From NCBI GenBank assembly GCA_043228905.1, contig JBHGNT010000158.1, positions 1 to 64,000 of the forward strand: a DNA stretch of 64,000 nucleotides, read 5' to 3'. Below are positions 61,180 to 64,000 of the stretch, piece by piece. This DNA is from Azolla caroliniana (lineage: Eukaryota; Plantae; Polypodiophyta). Below the pieces are notes generated by a model. That model was given only the letters and a program-made list of their open reading frames with translations. It was not told the DNA's origin and did not search any database. How positions within the stretch are numbered: position 1 is the stretch's first letter; every line of letters starts with the position of its first letter. Made by a program: the position numbers and the translations under genes.

Positions 61180-63708
61180 TTAAACATATGCTATGGTCTC
61201 CACATCTGCATACAGATGACACATTAATACATAAGCCACAGCATTCTCTTGATCCAAATGTGTCGCATGCTGAAAGGCTCTCTGTCCGAATTCAATATTT
61301 CCCCAGTTTCTGCAAGAATCTAGCAGTGTGTGCCACATTGTCAGATTAGGACAGAAAGGCATCTTCTTTATCATTGCTACTGCCTTGTCTAATTGACCTA
61401 ACCGTAAAAGGAGGCCCACACAGCATACATAGTGCTCCACAGTGGGCGCAATACCATAGTCTTTGCTCATTGCTTCCAAGTATTTGTGACTTTCATTCAA
61501 CAAGCCTGAAGACCTACACGTACTTAAAAGGACAAGAAATGTAACCATATCTGGCTTTATACCTTCTCCCAGCATTCGGTCAAAGGTATGAAAAACATTT
61601 CCAGTTTGTCCAATTTGAGCATATCCTGCCATTAGGGAATTCCATGAGACTCTATCTCGACTAAGAAGCTTTTCGAACACTTGTTCTGCTTTTCTTAGCA
61701 AACCACATTTTGCATACATATCCACAAGTGTACTGCCAACAAACAGGTCCGTTTCAAGCAATCCCTGTCTTTCAATTTCTGCATGTATTTCTCGGCCTTT
61801 TTCTGCAGCACCTATGCCGGTGCAACTTTTGAGTACACAGACAAGAGTAACAACATCCGGAGAAACTCCATCTTGCTGCATCTGTTCAAAACATTCCATA
61901 GCTTCCTCACCTTGTCCGTGTTCAGCATATCCTGTAATTAATGCATTCCAAGACACAATGTCTCGAGTTGGAAGCTTGTCAAATACCTGTTGAGCTTGCA
62001 CAAGCAAGCCACATTTAGCATACATATCAACCAAAACATTAGCAATAACTGGGTTTCCCTGTAGCAACCCACGTCCCTCTATTTCAGCATGAATTTTTTC
62101 ACCTCTATCTTTGGCTCCTGTGCTTCCACAAGCCTTTAAGAAGTGGATGTATGTGAAAGAATCTGGGTCAATGTCTTCAACTTTCATCTGTTCAAAACAT
62201 TCTATTGCTTTCTCCCCATGTCCATTGTCAACATACCCACCAATTATTGCAGTCCATGATACAACATTTCTGACTGGAATTCTCATAAATACATAGTAAG
62301 CTTCTGCAAGTAACCCACATTTCCCATACATGTCAACTAAGGTGTTACCGACAAGGCCTCTGTCCAGTAGCCCTTGTCTTTCAATCTCAGCATGTATTTC
62401 TTGACCCACACCAATAGCACCTACATTACCACAAGATTTTAATATACAGACAAATGTCACGGGATCTGGTTGAACACCCTCGATTTTCATCTGCATATAA
62501 TACTTCACTGTTTCTTCACCATGTTCGGATTCAGCATATCCTGCAATTAATGCATTCCACGCGACAGAATTTCGAACTAGAAGGGTGTCAAAGACATCAT
62601 TTGCCTTTCCAAGAAAGCCAGATGTTGCATAAATATGAATCAAGGTACTGCCAAGAAATAAGTCTGTCTCTAAACTTTTTTGCTTTTCAACTTCAGCACA
62701 TATTTCTTGTGCCTTTTCTATTGAAGCTATGGTGCTACACGCTTTCAATGTAGAGATGAAGGTTGCAGAATTGGGAGAAACACCCTCAAGTTTCATCTGT
62801 TCAAAGCATTTGATTGCTTTATCATGTTCGCCACATGTAGAATATCCTGAAATCAATGTATTCCATGACTCCAAATGTCGGTTCTGAAGATCATCAAATA
62901 CTTGTTGAGCTCTTGCAATCAAACCACACTTAGCATACATCTCAATCAGTGCATTACCAAAATCAAAGTTCCTGTTATTCAATCCCAGTCTTTCAATCTC
63001 AGCATGAATTTGTTTACCCCTACCAATGGCACCCATTTTACCACAAATTCTCAAGGCACAAACGTATGTGACCCCATCTGGAGAAATTCCTTCCTTTTGC
63101 ATTTGTCCAAAGGATTTAAGAGCTTCTTCATCAAGCCCATAGTCAGAATATCCCATGATAAGTGTGGTCCATGTGACAACATTTCTGAGATAAAGTCTAT
63201 CGAATGCTGCTTGTGCTTTTGCAAGGGACCCACATTTAACATACATATTCACCAAGGAACTTCCAGCAAAAGCTCCTCCTTCAAGCAATCCCATTATAAC
63301 CATCCTTGCATGTATTTCTTGGCCTTTTTCCATGGATCCTATGCTGCTACAAGCTTGTAAACAACAAACAAATGTCATAGGATCTGAGCAAACACCTTCA
63401 CTTTGCATCAGCTGGAAACATTTGAGTGCTTCCTCACCACAACCATGTTGTGCATACCCTTGAATCAATGAGGTCCATGCAATGATATCCCGCACAGGTA
63501 GCCTATCAAAATGATATTGTGCTTTGTCGAGAAGCCCAAACTTACCACACATACCCACCAAGCAAGTACCAACCAAAAGGTCTGTTTCAAGAGACCCAAT
63601 CCTCATGGCATGTATGGCCAGAAATTGCTTCAAATCGTTCAGCTTCTTGCAGAGCCTGCTAGGGTGAAGGGAGGAGCTATTCTTCTTTTGCATTATTATT
63701 TTTTTCAA
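61180..63708 (-). CDS. PLS-class PPR protein with an E-type C-terminus and no DYW domain; true start uncertain
   Basis: About 20 PPR motifs, HYVCCVGLLLRLG and MWHTLLDSCRNWGNIEFG. The first ATG is at 63693; the upstream in-frame ORF 63978-63736 ends in TGA. Confidence 0.9.
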   Translation of the reverse strand: MKKIIMQKKNSSSLHPSRLCKKLNDLKQFLAIHAMRIGSLETDLLVGTCLVGMCGKFGLLDKAQYHFDRLPVRDIIAWTSLIQGYAQHGCGEEALKCFQLMQSEGVCSDPMTFVCCLQACSSIGSMEKGQEIHARMVIMGLLEGGAFAGSSLVNMYVKCGSLAKAQAAFDRLYLRNVVTWTTLIMGYSDYGLDEEALKSFGQMQKEGISPDGVTYVCALRICGKMGAIGRGKQIHAEIERLGLNNRNFDFGNALIEMYAKCGLIARAQQVFDDLQNRHLESWNTLISGYSTCGEHDKAIKCFEQMKLEGVSPNSATFISTLKACSTIASIEKAQEICAEVEKQKSLETDLFLGSTLIHIYATSGFLGKANDVFDTLLVRNSVAWNALIAGYAESEHGEETVKYYMQMKIEGVQPDPVTFVCILKSCGNVGAIGVGQEIHAEIERQGLLDRGLVGNTLVDMYGKCGLLAEAYYVFMRIPVRNVVSWTAIIGGYVDNGHGEKAIECFEQMKVEDIDPDSFTYIHFLKACGSTGAKDRGEKIHAEIEGRGLLQGNPVIANVLVDMYAKCGLLVQAQQVFDKLPTRDIVSWNALITGYAEHGQGEEAMECFEQMQQDGVSPDVVTLVCVLKSCTGIGAAEKGREIHAEIERQGLLETDLFVGSTLVDMYAKCGLLRKAEQVFEKLLSRDRVSWNSLMAGYAQIGQTGNVFHTFDRMLGEGIKPDMVTFLVLLSTCRSSGLLNESHKYLEAMSKDYGIAPTVEHYVCCVGLLLRLGQLDKAVAMIKKMPFCPNLTMWHTLLDSCRNWGNIEFGQRAFQHATHLDQENAVAYVLMCHLYADVETIAYV

Positions 63709-64000
63709 AAGAGATGGAGAGAAGCCCGGGGCATATCACATTTGGCATGATGCATGATCATGAGGGGAGGGGGGGGGGGGGGGGGGGGGGGGGCAGGGGT
63801 TCCAGCAACTGCACCTGCACCTGCACCTGGTAGACGAGTGGTGCAAGCAAGCAAGAGCCAGAATCCATCCTGCGAGGAAATGGAAACCCTCTGGGAAATG
63901 GCAGAATACCCTGCCTGCTCTCCTGCGCCATTCCTCCATCCTATGCAGGAACAGGGGGGGGCGATAACATGGCTTCATCTACTTCATTTCATCTTCTTCA

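Noticed and set aside
50961-63708. DYW or DYW:KP (U-to-C) deaminase domains on the PPR genes
   Set aside because: Both ORFs stop within the E region, and no HxE...CxxC motif is visible downstream.

Overview
Gene-dense land-plant nuclear DNA. The style of the PLS-class PPR genes and the protein divergence suggest a fern or other non-flowering vascular plant (inference). I reconstructed 11 protein-coding genes by hand from splice signals: an ATXR2/SMYD5-like SET methyltransferase, the GPC1 acyltransferase, a divergent TGD2-like MCE/MlaD protein, histone H2A, USB1, a DUF1191 membrane protein, an intronless GH5, a SagB/ThcOx-like nitroreductase, two PLS-PPR genes and a 12-exon coiled-coil gene that the ORF track almost misses. 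That last gene resembles SCEP1, the angiosperm synaptonemal-complex central-element protein. Between the genes lie LINE, Gypsy and Copia debris, an intact hAT-type MITE with an 8-bp TSD just upstream of USB1, a 160-bp TG...CA element with long TIRs and a 5-bp TSD, and many local tandem duplications. Highlights: the SCEP1-like gene; a U12 intron whose 5' splice site and branch point lie in the same 17-bp direct repeat, plus two GC-AG introns in the same gene; an H2A.X-like histone ending SEDL instead of SQEF; both PPR genes cut off from upstream in-frame N-termini; and the TG...CA mini-element. No CRISPR array, rRNA or tRNA is supported. All homology calls come from recalled sequences, not from database searches.
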